Source: Myxococcota bacterium (lineage in GTDB: Bacteria > Myxococcota_A > SURF-8 > G963663525). Taken from it: 64,000 nucleotides of DNA. A model generated the notes under the pieces. The model was not told where the DNA came from and made no database searches. It was given only the letters and a program-made list of their open reading frames with translations. The translations under genes and the position numbers were made by a program. The first letter of the stretch is position 1. Each line of letters begins with the position of its first letter. The stretch spans positions 66,536-130,535 of the forward strand of contig CAXXVK010000012.1 of NCBI GenBank assembly GCA_963676915.2. Reading direction: 5' to 3'. Below are positions 29,435 to 39,482 of the stretch, piece by piece.

Positions 29435-30381
29435 CTCATTTCCGCGTGGGTCTGCCTGAATCCGAGACGTTCATACAGGCGCTTTGCAGGATTGATGTAT
29501 TCCACATGCAGTTTGATCGGTCCATCTGTCCGTTTCATCGCCTCACGAATCAAAGCGGCTCCGATCCCGGATTTCCTTCTATTGGGATCGACGCAAATGA
29601 AAAGCAACAGGTTTTCCGGCATTATATGTTTTACTCCGGTTCGCAACATGACCAATGCTCCGCAAAATACATCGTCCACGAAGCCAAGAAGAACGAAACC
29701 GCCTGAGCTGTCCGATACTCCAAGCGCGTAATCCAAACCCCGTTTCACATCCCGTAGACGATCTTCATAAGGTTTCATGTAAACGTGAAGAAACTCGGCT
29801 AAAGCATCCTTTCCAAGTTTTTCCGGAAGATCGTTTAGCGACGAAGCTTCCATAATTTTCACCACCGATTGTAACCGCTTCATATCGTCCGTCGAATGTG
29901 AAGATTCAAATCTCATTTCTGCATAGGGATTACTAAAGCCTTGTTTCTCCAGAAAATTTCGAGCAATGCTTTGAGCAGGAACGTGACATTTGATACTTCC
30001 CGGAGTTTTCTCCTGCGCAAACCGCAGCAATCGACTTCCGATCCCTTTACGACGCTCGGATGACAAAACCATCATAACAGCAATCAGGGTTTCGGGAATG
30101 TAACCTTTCATCCCCGTCTCCATAGCAACCAGTGCGCCTTGTAACGCACCATTTTTTATCGCAAGAAACATACTTCCGAAGGCTTTTTCAGAAGTCGCCA
30201 AAGCGACATCAATCGACTCAAGAATCGCTTCTCGTCCTATCGAAGCAATCAAATCGTCATCCCCCAGTAAAAATTCGGAAACATCGAACCTTGTCACACC
30301 CTCGGGAAAATCAGCTTGTTCCTGAACAAAGACGAGTTCGAAATCAAGAAGCGGTTCGGATTGGCTTTCACTGTCTTGCAT
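29422..30381 (-). CDS. Tandem (two-domain) GNAT N-acetyltransferase
   Basis: Two homologous halves with RRKGIGSRLL and RRKSGIGAALI acetyl-CoA motifs, each followed by IKxHV..A..LE..GF...AEMR. Confidence 0.88.
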   Translation of the reverse strand: MQDSESQSEPLLDFELVFVQEQADFPEGVTRFDVSEFLLGDDDLIASIGREAILESIDVALATSEKAFGSMFLAIKNGALQGALVAMETGMKGYIPETLIAVMMVLSSERRKGIGSRLLRFAQEKTPGSIKCHVPAQSIARNFLEKQGFSNPYAEMRFESSHSTDDMKRLQSVVKIMEASSLNDLPEKLGKDALAEFLHVYMKPYEDRLRDVKRGLDYALGVSDSSGGFVLLGFVDDVFCGALVMLRTGVKHIMPENLLLFICVDPNRRKSGIGAALIREAMKRTDGPIKLHVEYINPAKRLYERLGFRQTHAEMRWMQ

Positions 30382-30406
30382 AATTTCGCTTCTCCAGTAA
30401 TCTGAT

Positions 30407-31486
30407 TTATTTCGAGAGTCGTTTGACCCAGATATTCATGTCCTCGAAATGGCCGAAAATGTCGCAATTATTCACCAATCGTCCCGAAAACTCATACCCG
30501 AGTTTGAAAAACGAACGATTCATACCGATGCTCATCCCTCGCGCCAACGTATAGGCCGTCATGATGCCTTCACGTTCCAGATCGCCTTCCAAGCGCGTCA
30601 GAAGATGCTGCATCAGACCTTTTCCCTGTGCTTCCGGCACCGTGGCGCAGTCTGTCATTTCGGCATTGAGGTGCTTGCGATCCATGTCGGCGCTGGCCGC
30701 AGCAAGAGCCGATTCTCCTTTGACCGCCATTCGATAAATCAGATTGTGGTCCATCGTGGATTTGATGTAATCCGGGTTCGTCAGCGGCGACGGATACGTC
30801 TTGAAAACGCTTCGATAAATCGCCGCCAACAGGGGAATATGTTCTTCGGTAGCCCGAATGATATCGATTTCCGGGTCTAGAGGGTGAATATCCCCCGGTT
30901 CGGAATGATACATCAGGGTTTCGATCAGCTTCGCTTCTTCCAGCAAGTCGGAGCTGCTTACACGCTGAACCGACGAAAAACGCGACAAAACATAGGCATC
31001 TTCCCCACGGAAATAGTAACGCAAAACACCTTCCATCATGTAACCGTGGGATAGGAAGATCTGAAAATCCTCCTTTTTCGCTTTTACGAAAATCTTGTCG
31101 AAGTCATTGGCTTCCGCCAGATAGGCCAAACGACGAATCATAGCGGTGTAATCGGAAGCGTCGTAATCCGCGACTTTCAGCCGCTTGTTGTAATAGTCAA
31201 AGAAAACGTTGACGTTGTATCCATCGCCTTCGAGATCGAAATCCAATCCATATACGGTACCGACCACGGTTGTTTTCACCCCCTTATCCAACGTGAACTG
31301 AACCAACCCCATCTCTTTGTCCGTGGGTTCCAGTCCTCCCCACTCGTCGGTCATCTGCTCGATGTCGTCGATGCCATCGACACAATGAACCGCAGGCGTA
31401 CTCTCGTCGTTTTTTAAAACCGCCACGTCGGATTGTTCGTCATGCGAGGGTGACGCTTCCGCCTCCTGTTTCTCCGTTTTCGTCAT
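30407..31486 (-). CDS. ablB: Beta-lysine N-acetyltransferase
   Basis: FDKIFVKA, VFKTYPSPL, NAEMTDCAT..QGKGLM, TAYTLAR..SIGMN, GRLVNNCDI..FEDMNIWVK. Confidence 0.9.
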   Translation of the reverse strand: MTKTEKQEAEASPSHDEQSDVAVLKNDESTPAVHCVDGIDDIEQMTDEWGGLEPTDKEMGLVQFTLDKGVKTTVVGTVYGLDFDLEGDGYNVNVFFDYYNKRLKVADYDASDYTAMIRRLAYLAEANDFDKIFVKAKKEDFQIFLSHGYMMEGVLRYYFRGEDAYVLSRFSSVQRVSSSDLLEEAKLIETLMYHSEPGDIHPLDPEIDIIRATEEHIPLLAAIYRSVFKTYPSPLTNPDYIKSTMDHNLIYRMAVKGESALAAASADMDRKHLNAEMTDCATVPEAQGKGLMQHLLTRLEGDLEREGIMTAYTLARGMSIGMNRSFFKLGYEFSGRLVNNCDIFGHFEDMNIWVKRLSK

Positions 31487-32898
31487 TGATTTTCCTCCAG
31501 TAAAACATTTTTCGATGTCGAGGGTTTTGCAAGCGTTATCAGAACAAGAACTACCGCCGATAGTGGGAGAGCAATAAGAATCGGTTCATCGACGGGGTTG
31601 AGAGATGGAACAATATTAAGTATCAAAGCCGCAAAACCACCGACGATCATGCTCCAAAATGCTGCTGTGGAGGACACCCGCTTCCACAGCAATCCTCCCA
31701 GCGTCGGTATAAACAAACCGGACACCATAAACGAATAAGCCAGCAAAATACTATCGAGCACCTTCGGCACGGCGAGAGCAATGACAATCGCCCCTACACC
31801 GATCACCAAAGTGGCGATTCGGCTGACGTTCAGCACGCGACGTTCCGAAGCCTTGGGATCGATGTATTTCTGGTAAATGTCGTTGACCAGATTACCAACC
31901 GACGCCAGCAGGCAGCTATCCGCCGTGGACATGATCGCCGAAAAATAGGCGGCACTGACCAGACCGATCAGACCTATGGGCAACACGTTTTTAATCAGCA
32001 TCGGCAAGGCCATCTCGGATTCGGCATCGGGAAACATCACCCGACCGAACATCCCCAGCAATACACCAAGAAACGCCATGACCGGCCATTCGAGCAATCC
32101 GGCCAGGTACCAGGCTTTTTTGGCGGTTTGCACGTCTCGGGTAGCGTAAATTCTCTGATACAACGTCATTCCAACGAACCAGATAGGAACGATGGTAAAC
32201 ATCCAGGTCAGAAATTTTCCTATCGTGATGTTGGTCATGCTGAAATGTTCGGCTGGCAGACTCTCTCGAATGGTCTGCCATCCTCCGATTTCCGCATACG
32301 AAAACGGCAAGGCGAACAACAGCAAACCACCGAGCAAAACGACCCATTGGATGGAGTCGGTATAAATTACCGCCTGAATACCACCGAATGATGTGTAAAG
32401 AATAGCTACACCCGCCATGACGACCACGGCCGTCAGCAAACCTACATCGAAAACCGCGCTTCCCAGTTTGGCTCCGGCCAGGATCTGTGCTCCGACAAAT
32501 CCGGCATAGCCGACGCCGGAAACAATGGCCGCCACGAGTCTCGTTTTCGAATCGAAACGCTTTTCAAGAAAATCGGGATAGGTGAGCAGTCCGAAACGAT
32601 CTCCAAGACGTTTCACACGAGGAATCAGCAACACTGCCGCCAACCAGGCTCCCAACAGGCCGCTGAACAGCAGCCAGGAACCCGACAAACCCATCGCAAA
32701 GCCCAAACCGCCCAAACCAATGGAAAATCCACCGCCTACATCCGTCGCCACCACTGAAAAACCGATATGGCCCGCACTCATGTTACGGTCACCGACGAAA
32801 TACTCGTCAACGCTGGTCTGTCGCCTCATGAAAAAGAAGCCGACCCCTAACATTGCAACCATATAGAGAGCGATAATGCCGAAATCGATCCAATGCAT
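31483..32898 (-). CDS. Sodium:solute symporter (PutP-like)
   Basis: About 13 TM helices; EYFVGDR, YTSFGGIQAVIYTD, YQRIYA, SAIMSTADS; stop overlaps the ablB start. Confidence 0.93.
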   Translation of the reverse strand: MHWIDFGIIALYMVAMLGVGFFFMRRQTSVDEYFVGDRNMSAGHIGFSVVATDVGGGFSIGLGGLGFAMGLSGSWLLFSGLLGAWLAAVLLIPRVKRLGDRFGLLTYPDFLEKRFDSKTRLVAAIVSGVGYAGFVGAQILAGAKLGSAVFDVGLLTAVVVMAGVAILYTSFGGIQAVIYTDSIQWVVLLGGLLLFALPFSYAEIGGWQTIRESLPAEHFSMTNITIGKFLTWMFTIVPIWFVGMTLYQRIYATRDVQTAKKAWYLAGLLEWPVMAFLGVLLGMFGRVMFPDAESEMALPMLIKNVLPIGLIGLVSAAYFSAIMSTADSCLLASVGNLVNDIYQKYIDPKASERRVLNVSRIATLVIGVGAIVIALAVPKVLDSILLAYSFMVSGLFIPTLGGLLWKRVSSTAAFWSMIVGGFAALILNIVPSLNPVDEPILIALPLSAVVLVLITLAKPSTSKNVLLEENQ

Positions 32899-32906
32899 AA
32901 CGCTCG

Positions 32907-33404
32907 CTACCCTTCTTCGGAGTCATCGATATCGATCGACTCCAATCCTTCCAGCATAATGGACCCTTTTTTAGGAGATCGAAGCAAAGCGTCGTCTTCT
33001 TCCTTGGGAATTTTTTCCTCGAAGGCTTCTTTTTCGGGCTTAGTCAATTGGCGAATCGTATCTTCTACCGAAAGGATCAGATCGCGGCGATCTTCTTTGG
33101 GAAATTTTCGCATCAAACCGAGAATGAACCGGACTCCAGCAAGGTTCACCTTCTCGACGGACACCAGATAATGGATAAACGTCAATAATTCCACGTCTCT
33201 TTGAGAGTAAAGCCGCCGATTGCCATCGGATCTCGCCGGGAAAATAACCCCCTTGGACTCATAAACGCGAAGTTGCTTTTGCGACGTGCCGATCATATCG
33301 GCAACCACACCGATGGGGAACATACCTTTGGAAGGATCTGCTATTCGCATCTTTCGCCTCGATGATTTCCGATAAGCCTCAAACATGACCTTGACAACAT
33401 TCAT
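32907..33404 (-). CDS. MerR-family (HspR-like) transcriptional regulator
   Basis: FPIGVVADMIG..QLRVYE..G..PARSDGNRRLYSQRD..VNLAGV; start uncertain. Confidence 0.88.
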   Translation of the reverse strand: MNVVKVMFEAYRKSSRRKMRIADPSKGMFPIGVVADMIGTSQKQLRVYESKGVIFPARSDGNRRLYSQRDVELLTFIHYLVSVEKVNLAGVRFILGLMRKFPKEDRRDLILSVEDTIRQLTKPEKEAFEEKIPKEEDDALLRSPKKGSIMLEGLESIDIDDSEEG

Positions 33405-33430
33405 TTACTTCCCTATCATTAGGCATGTTT

Positions 33431-33459
33431 TATGTACCACTCAGGGAAAGGAGTGTCAA
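33431..33459 (-). promoter_or_regulatory. Sigma70-type promoter of the merR-abl operon
   Basis: Minus strand TTGACA-17 bp-TACATA. Confidence 0.6.
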
Positions 33460-33617
33460 GGCTCAATCAGACATCTTCAAGATAAACTCGCTCTTCATAG
33501 TAAAAATCACACGAAATTCATTCATTTTCGTTCACAATCAGTGCTTTGTATACCTTCTTTAAGGTGCATTTTATTGCCTAACTAAAGACAGATTTTTACT
33601 CACACGAAAGGAAAACC

Positions 33618-34403
33618 TTGGACTTCGGGAGATTTTCGCAAATGTTTCATATTGGGTTCAGAACCGAAACGAAAAAGTGTGCAAAAAAACTTGAGTCAAA
33701 CCTTCCATTTCGCATCTTTTCGCAAAGATGCCTTTTCCGTGGAGTCAATCACGGGACTCGGAGTTTCTATTTTCCATTTTTAGTTACACTGTTTTTTTTA
33801 ATGATTCTGGGATTCCCAGGCTGGTCACAAGCGGAAGAAGAAGCCACGGCACCAAGTGAAAGTTCGAAAGAAAAACAAGACGAGATCCTCGACGAAGACG
33901 ACTGCTCGTTACTTTTCGGTTCGGAAGAGCTTGAAAAAGAGAACGAACAGCATCGCGAGAAACGGTTGGAACACGTCATGGAATCCAACGGAATTATCAC
34001 GATCATGCATCACTCCAAACAATGGAGCGAAGCCACACACGGCATGTGCGAGGGCATTGAGCTGGAAACGATCGAAAAAGACGAAAACGGCGAATATCTG
34101 GCCATTTTCGAGGTAGGCGAAGACATTGCCGAAATGTATGATTGCGAACCGGGACTGTACGAAGTTTCCCAAGATGCCTCCATTTTTTCGCAAGCTGCCG
34201 TTTTGTGGATCGACAAACGCTTCGTTCTTCTGGGCTACGAAGGCGAATTGACTTACCTGACTCCCGACCCGGAAAACCGGTACATCGTGCGCATGATCTG
34301 GCAATCGCCTTGGACTATCTCCCGCCCGAAAGAACCTTCGAGAAGCCGCAGCAATAGCCGTCGCAGTCGACGACACAGAAAAAGCCGTAGAAGACGACGA
34401 TAA
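33618..34403 (+). CDS. Hypothetical exported acidic protein with Arg/Ser-rich tail (true start probably further downstream)
   Basis: Hydrophobic signal ending SQA; acidic body; C-terminus SRSRSNSRRSRRHRKSRRRRR. Confidence 0.6.
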   Translation: MDFGRFSQMFHIGFRTETKKCAKKLESNLPFRIFSQRCLFRGVNHGTRSFYFPFLVTLFFLMILGFPGWSQAEEEATAPSESSKEKQDEILDEDDCSLLFGSEELEKENEQHREKRLEHVMESNGIITIMHHSKQWSEATHGMCEGIELETIEKDENGEYLAIFEVGEDIAEMYDCEPGLYEVSQDASIFSQAAVLWIDKRFVLLGYEGELTYLTPDPENRYIVRMIWQSPWTISRPKEPSRSRSNSRRSRRHRKSRRRRR

Positions 34404-34600
34404 ATTCCCTGATGTTTCAAATAAATACGGTATTCTTCATCTAACCTAGGATGAAAAACCGCTCAACCCGCTAACGATAAGAGAATCCGCACTTTACTTT
34501 CCTCCCGTAATCAGGTAGCGTGCATACAATTTCGAAAGAGGGAAGCACGCGAAATGGTGGGCATTTCCCGAATTTGGCAATGACTGGTGTGGAGGAACGG

Positions 34601-37102
34601 ATGGCTTTCGATATTCTGAAAGCGGTCGCACAGGATGTGGGCGTAGGTGTCGAAGTGGTTACCGGGGTTCGTACTCTTTTCGGAGAAGGCTGTACAATTC
34701 CGTTTATCGCCCATTTCCGCAAGGAAGTCCATGGGGGTCTCGTAGAACATAAACTCGCGGAAATTCAAGAACGTTTGCGGTTTTACACCGAATTGCAGGG
34801 GCGAAAAGCTCAGGTCGCGAGTCAAGCCGAAGACCAGGGACTGCTCACGGAAAGCCTCAAGGAGCACATCGAATCCTGCCGGAATCGAACCGAGCTAAAT
34901 GATATCGCCCAACCCTTCCAGAAGCGTAGACGTTCCCGCTCGGGTCGTGCCATGGAACAAGGGCTGGAACCTCTTGCCGAACGAATTCTCGAACAAAAAA
35001 ACGAAACCGCGACAAAAACTGCCCTCGGACAACTATACGTATCCATCGAACGCAACGTGGAGAGTCCCGAAGAAGCAATCAAAGGCGCCATGACCATCGT
35101 GGTCGATGCTTTGGCCCAATCACGGAAAATCCGCCGTCGTCTGCGTTCTCTCACGTGGCGTGAAGGGTTTATCGAAAGCCATATCCGTGAAGATGCTAAA
35201 GAAAAACCTGCGAAATACAAACCGTATTTCGATTTCAAGGAATCGATTCGCTCGACGCCTTCGCATCGTTTGCTTGCCATACGCAGGGGCGAGAGAGCCA
35301 AGATTTTAAACGTCCGCATCGGTCTCGAACCCGAAAAAGCCTGTCGGGAGATGGAAAAAATCGCCATCACCAACCCGGAGTCCATGTGGGCCGAAACCAT
35401 GCGCACCTGCATCCAGGAAAGCTATACGAACCTGCTTGGTCCGCAACTCGAAACGGAAATCCGTCTTGAACTGCGCCGCAAGTCCGATAACGAAGCGATC
35501 GAAATCTTCGCTCGAAACCTGGAAAATCTGCTATTGTCGGCACCACTCCCTGGAAAAATGGTGCTTGCCATGGACCCCGGCGGCAGAGCTGGCGTGAAAC
35601 TGGCCGTAATCGATCCAGATGGCGGTCTGTTGAACAACACCACGATTTATCCCATCGCTCCGAAAAACGATGTCGAAGGGGCGTGTAAAGTTCTTGACAG
35701 GATCTATGAAGACCACCCCTTCGAAGCCGTTGCCGTAGGCAATAGCAAAGGCGGACGCGAAGTACTCGCGGTAGTGCGAAACTACCTGAAAGAACGTGAA
35801 CGTGACAAGATTCCCGTCGTGCTCGTCAATCAAGCAGGAACCAGTTCCTACAGTGCCACACCAGAAGCGAGAGAAGACCTTCCCGGTGCGGGACAGGCTA
35901 CGCGTAGTGCGGTTTCCATCGGGAGAAGGCTTCAAGATCCTCTGGCCGAACTCGCCAAAATCGATCCAAAACTGATTGGAGTCGGCCAATACCAGCAAGA
36001 CGTAGACCCGCAAAAACTTTCCCGCAGGCTGGACCAGGTAATGGAATTCTGCGTCAATCGTCTGGGCTGCGATGTGAACAACGCCTCGATAGCGATGCTC
36101 TCGAAAATCTCGGGAATCGGTCCCATCCAAGCCCGTACACTCGTACGCTGGCGGACGGATAACGGCCCCTTCCCTACCCTGGAATCGCTCAAAGACGTTC
36201 CGGGATTCGGAGACGAAACGTTCCAGCAATCGACGGGATTTTTGCGAGTTCAAGGTAAAAATCCTCTCGACGCGGCGCGAATTCATCCCGAACGCTATGG
36301 GGTTCTGGGCGAGATGGCCGGTGAACTAGGAATGGAACTCGGCGATCTGCTCGGCAAAGAAGACCTTGAGCAAAAACTCGATTCGTCGAAATATGAAGAG
36401 CTTGTTGGAACATACACCTGGAAAGACATCTTGGCCGAATTGCGAGACCCTGGCCGAGAAATCCGCCCCGAGTTCGTCGCTCCCGAGTACGCCGACGAAC
36501 TGATGACGATGAACGACCTCGAAGAAGGAACGGTGCTGGAAGGTACCGTAACCAACGTGACGGAATTCGGCGCGTTCGTCGATATCGGCGTCCAAAACGA
36601 CGGCCTCGTCCACGTCTCGGAACTTTCGCATCGCTTCATTCGCGATGCCTCACAGTTCATCGAAGTTGGGAAAAAGGTCCAGGTCAAGGTCATCGAAATC
36701 AACCACGAGCGCAAACGCATCGGCTTGTCCATGAAAGCTCTGGAAGATCCGCCACCCGAGCCTGAAATGCCCGAACCGTCTCCCGAATCTCCGCAGGGAC
36801 CACCCCCGGAAAATCAACGAAGACGACGTCCACGACCTGAACGAGATACCCGCGAAAATCGCCCGCGTTCCGGCGACCCGCGCCGCTCCTCGCAAAAAAA
36901 ACCGCCCTCACGCAAACCACGCCAGGACGGTCCGCCACCGATGCGCAAGGAAGGTCAGAGGGAAACCCGACGTGAAGAGTGGGAACGAAGCAAGGGCAGC
37001 GATAAAGTGACCCGTTACAGCGACACCAAGGAAGGTCAACCCGTTTCCACCGGACTAATGGCCGACCTGTTGAAGAAAGCTTTGGAGAAAAACAAGAAAT
37101 AA
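34601..37102 (+). CDS. tex: Tex-family RNA-binding transcriptional accessory protein
   Basis: GCTIPFIAHFRKE, HRLLAIRRGE, AVSIGRRLQDPLAEL, GVGQYQ, S1 domain GTVTNVTEFGAFVDIGV; GGAGGA RBS before 34601; Pro/Arg-rich tail. Confidence 0.95.
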   Translation: MAFDILKAVAQDVGVGVEVVTGVRTLFGEGCTIPFIAHFRKEVHGGLVEHKLAEIQERLRFYTELQGRKAQVASQAEDQGLLTESLKEHIESCRNRTELNDIAQPFQKRRRSRSGRAMEQGLEPLAERILEQKNETATKTALGQLYVSIERNVESPEEAIKGAMTIVVDALAQSRKIRRRLRSLTWREGFIESHIREDAKEKPAKYKPYFDFKESIRSTPSHRLLAIRRGERAKILNVRIGLEPEKACREMEKIAITNPESMWAETMRTCIQESYTNLLGPQLETEIRLELRRKSDNEAIEIFARNLENLLLSAPLPGKMVLAMDPGGRAGVKLAVIDPDGGLLNNTTIYPIAPKNDVEGACKVLDRIYEDHPFEAVAVGNSKGGREVLAVVRNYLKERERDKIPVVLVNQAGTSSYSATPEAREDLPGAGQATRSAVSIGRRLQDPLAELAKIDPKLIGVGQYQQDVDPQKLSRRLDQVMEFCVNRLGCDVNNASIAMLSKISGIGPIQARTLVRWRTDNGPFPTLESLKDVPGFGDETFQQSTGFLRVQGKNPLDAARIHPERYGVLGEMAGELGMELGDLLGKEDLEQKLDSSKYEELVGTYTWKDILAELRDPGREIRPEFVAPEYADELMTMNDLEEGTVLEGTVTNVTEFGAFVDIGVQNDGLVHVSELSHRFIRDASQFIEVGKKVQVKVIEINHERKRIGLSMKALEDPPPEPEMPEPSPESPQGPPPENQRRRRPRPERDTRENRPRSGDPRRSSQKKPPSRKPRQDGPPPMRKEGQRETRREEWERSKGSDKVTRYSDTKEGQPVSTGLMADLLKKALEKNKK

Positions 37103-37144
37103 GCGGGAAATCCACGCTCCCGAACCATCCGACGGAAAACTTTG

Positions 37145-39373
37145 ATGCCCCGGACCGAACATTCCGAAAACGAACCGATGTTTTCCGTCAAGAGCTTGGT
37201 TTGGCGAACCATCCCGGCTATTGCATGTCTGCTGCTTTTTTTCGGCCTGAAATTCTGGCAACCTTTCGCAACGTTCTGGCCATGGCCCTGGGTGGCTTTC
37301 GGTTCGGCTTTCGTGTTGCTGTTCCTGCTGCTCCATCCTTTTCAACAACTCGTCCGTGTTATCGGTTCGATCAAGCCTCTTACCTTTTATTCGTTTATCG
37401 GGCTGACTTCCCTTGTCACATCAACGATTTTCGCCTATTCGGTGCTCGGTGGAATTCCGCATGTCACCGATTCCACAGCCTACCTTTGGCAGGCAAAAAC
37501 CTTAGCCTCGGGACAGCTTTTTTTCGACAGCCACCCCCTCGCGGAATTTTTCAACGGTCATTTTCTGATCAACGATGGGCGGTATTTTTCCATTTTTCCG
37601 CCTGGATGGCCTTTGTTGCTTGCGCTGGGTGTATTGATTCATTCAGCATGGCTCGTCAACCCGATCATCGGCACCGCGACGTTGCTTCTAGCCTGCCGTT
37701 GGGCATCACGACTGTTCGGCGAACAGGTCGCCAGACTTACTGCCCTATTGGGGCTGGCATCGCCGTTTTTCCTGTTCATGTCGGCCTCGTTCATGTCCCA
37801 TATTTCCAGCGCTTTCTTGACGTTACTCGCCTTGGAACGCGCCCACGCCTGGACATCATCCCCGAACCGACGTAACGCCACCTTCGTAGGGATCGCGTTG
37901 GGAATCCTCGTACTGACCCGACCATTCAACGGTTTGTTGACCACTTTTGCCGTTGCGGTCCTGGTTCTGTTTTCGCTGAAAAATCACTCTCTTATCAAAT
38001 CGTTCGCGAAATCGGCTCTATTCGTCATTGTTCCGCTGGTGCTTTGCGCAAGTCTACTGCTTGCCTACAATCGAGCACTTACTGGAGACTGGCTTACTTT
38101 CCCACAGGACCAGTGGTTCGAACAGACCGAAGAACATCCCGACTGCCACCGCCTCGGTTTCGGCGAAACCGTGGGTTGTGCGTACGAGCACGGCAGGTAT
38201 GGTTTTCCCGACGGATATTATCTGAAAGACGCCTGGGACGTCACAGAACACCGCATGGCGAGCCTACGCCTGAATCTCTACGGCTGGCCCATCGTATTGC
38301 TGATGCTGCCGCTATCTATTCTATTTCTACCACGTCGCCGCCTGTTCTGGCTCTGGGTTCCTTCGCTTGCGGTAGTCGGCGGATATTTCTTTTTCTATTA
38401 TCACGGCAACTGCTACGGTCCGCGATTCTATTTCGAAGCCCTGTTCCCTTGGCTGATATTGATGTCCGCCACCCTGATTTCGCTGCATCGGAAGCTTTCG
38501 GATCGCACGAAACGTCCGTTACCGCGAAAACTTCTTGCGGCTTTCGTTCCTGCTTTCGTGGTGGGAACGTCGGGATTCTCCTTTGCAGCCGTCTTCCCCA
38601 GCTTAATAGAGAGCTACAGTCATTTCAGGGGGATCGATGACGTTTTGGGGAATCTTGTCACGGATTTGCACGTCCATCACGCCGTCGTGCTGATCCCCGG
38701 TTCTTCCGTGGATTACTGCGAGGGGCTGAATTTCCAGACCACCGACGAAAACCCCGACGTGATTTTCGCTCGTCATTGGATGGATGGCTCCTCCCAGCTC
38801 ATGTACTGGTATCCAACCCGCCGGTTCTATCGTTACAACTGGGAAGACAAGTGGCTGCATGAGTTAAGGCGTGTCGAATGGAACGGCATCATCTTTTTTG
38901 AAGGCGAGCAGAAATGGCCGGTGTTTTCGCCAAAACTCGGCCACGCCATCCAGGAAAACACCTGGGTCGAGGAAGGACGCCACGATTTCGGCTTTTCGGG
39001 AAGTCGCCAGTTGCGTTTCGAGGGTGAAGGTCCGGGAGCTTCCTTTACCTTGCAACAATGGGTGTTTGAAGAAGCGGAGTATCGAATCAAGATCCGCGCC
39101 GGTCTGGATGAATCCATGGGTATCTGGCAGTTGTCGGTAGATGATCAGCCGGTCGGCGAACCTTTCGACGCCTATGGGGAATCTCGCAAGCCTCAGTTTG
39201 TCGAGTACCAAGAACCGATCCTTCTTTCCGAAGGAATGCATACCCTCACGTTCACGGTACAGGGACACAACGAACGATCCAAAGGCTACGATATCGGCGT
39301 GGATCTCGCCATTTTGCGTCAGGCTCATTTAAAGCCACCACCTCCGCGACCATACATTCGCGACAAGCGATAA
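37145..39373 (+). CDS. GT-C fold (family 39/ArnT-like) membrane glycosyltransferase with C-terminal beta-sandwich domain
   Basis: Multi-TM; PHVTDSTAYLWQAK, FPPGWPLLLA, LTRPFN, YGPRFYFE. Confidence 0.75.
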   Translation: MPRTEHSENEPMFSVKSLVWRTIPAIACLLLFFGLKFWQPFATFWPWPWVAFGSAFVLLFLLLHPFQQLVRVIGSIKPLTFYSFIGLTSLVTSTIFAYSVLGGIPHVTDSTAYLWQAKTLASGQLFFDSHPLAEFFNGHFLINDGRYFSIFPPGWPLLLALGVLIHSAWLVNPIIGTATLLLACRWASRLFGEQVARLTALLGLASPFFLFMSASFMSHISSAFLTLLALERAHAWTSSPNRRNATFVGIALGILVLTRPFNGLLTTFAVAVLVLFSLKNHSLIKSFAKSALFVIVPLVLCASLLLAYNRALTGDWLTFPQDQWFEQTEEHPDCHRLGFGETVGCAYEHGRYGFPDGYYLKDAWDVTEHRMASLRLNLYGWPIVLLMLPLSILFLPRRRLFWLWVPSLAVVGGYFFFYYHGNCYGPRFYFEALFPWLILMSATLISLHRKLSDRTKRPLPRKLLAAFVPAFVVGTSGFSFAAVFPSLIESYSHFRGIDDVLGNLVTDLHVHHAVVLIPGSSVDYCEGLNFQTTDENPDVIFARHWMDGSSQLMYWYPTRRFYRYNWEDKWLHELRRVEWNGIIFFEGEQKWPVFSPKLGHAIQENTWVEEGRHDFGFSGSRQLRFEGEGPGASFTLQQWVFEEAEYRIKIRAGLDESMGIWQLSVDDQPVGEPFDAYGESRKPQFVEYQEPILLSEGMHTLTFTVQGHNERSKGYDIGVDLAILRQAHLKPPPPRPYIRDKR

Positions 39374-39390
39374 ACGGAAACGCTGCCGAC

Positions 39391-39434
39391 CCAACGCACG
39401 AAAGCCGCCTTTTTAGGCGGCTTTCGTGCGTTGG
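39391..39434. terminator. Perfect 20-bp hairpin between convergent genes
   Basis: CCAACGCACGAAAGCCGCCT-TTTT-AGGCGGCTTTCGTGCGTTGG. Confidence 0.75.
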
Positions 39435-39482
39435 AGTGTGTGTGAGGAGGAGGCCGGTTCGGCCGGAAAAGCATTGGTTGGA

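Noticed and set aside
33688-33697. HAIR (HspR) operator
   Set aside because: Only a half-site (AACTTGAGTC) with no matching inverted half; insufficient support.
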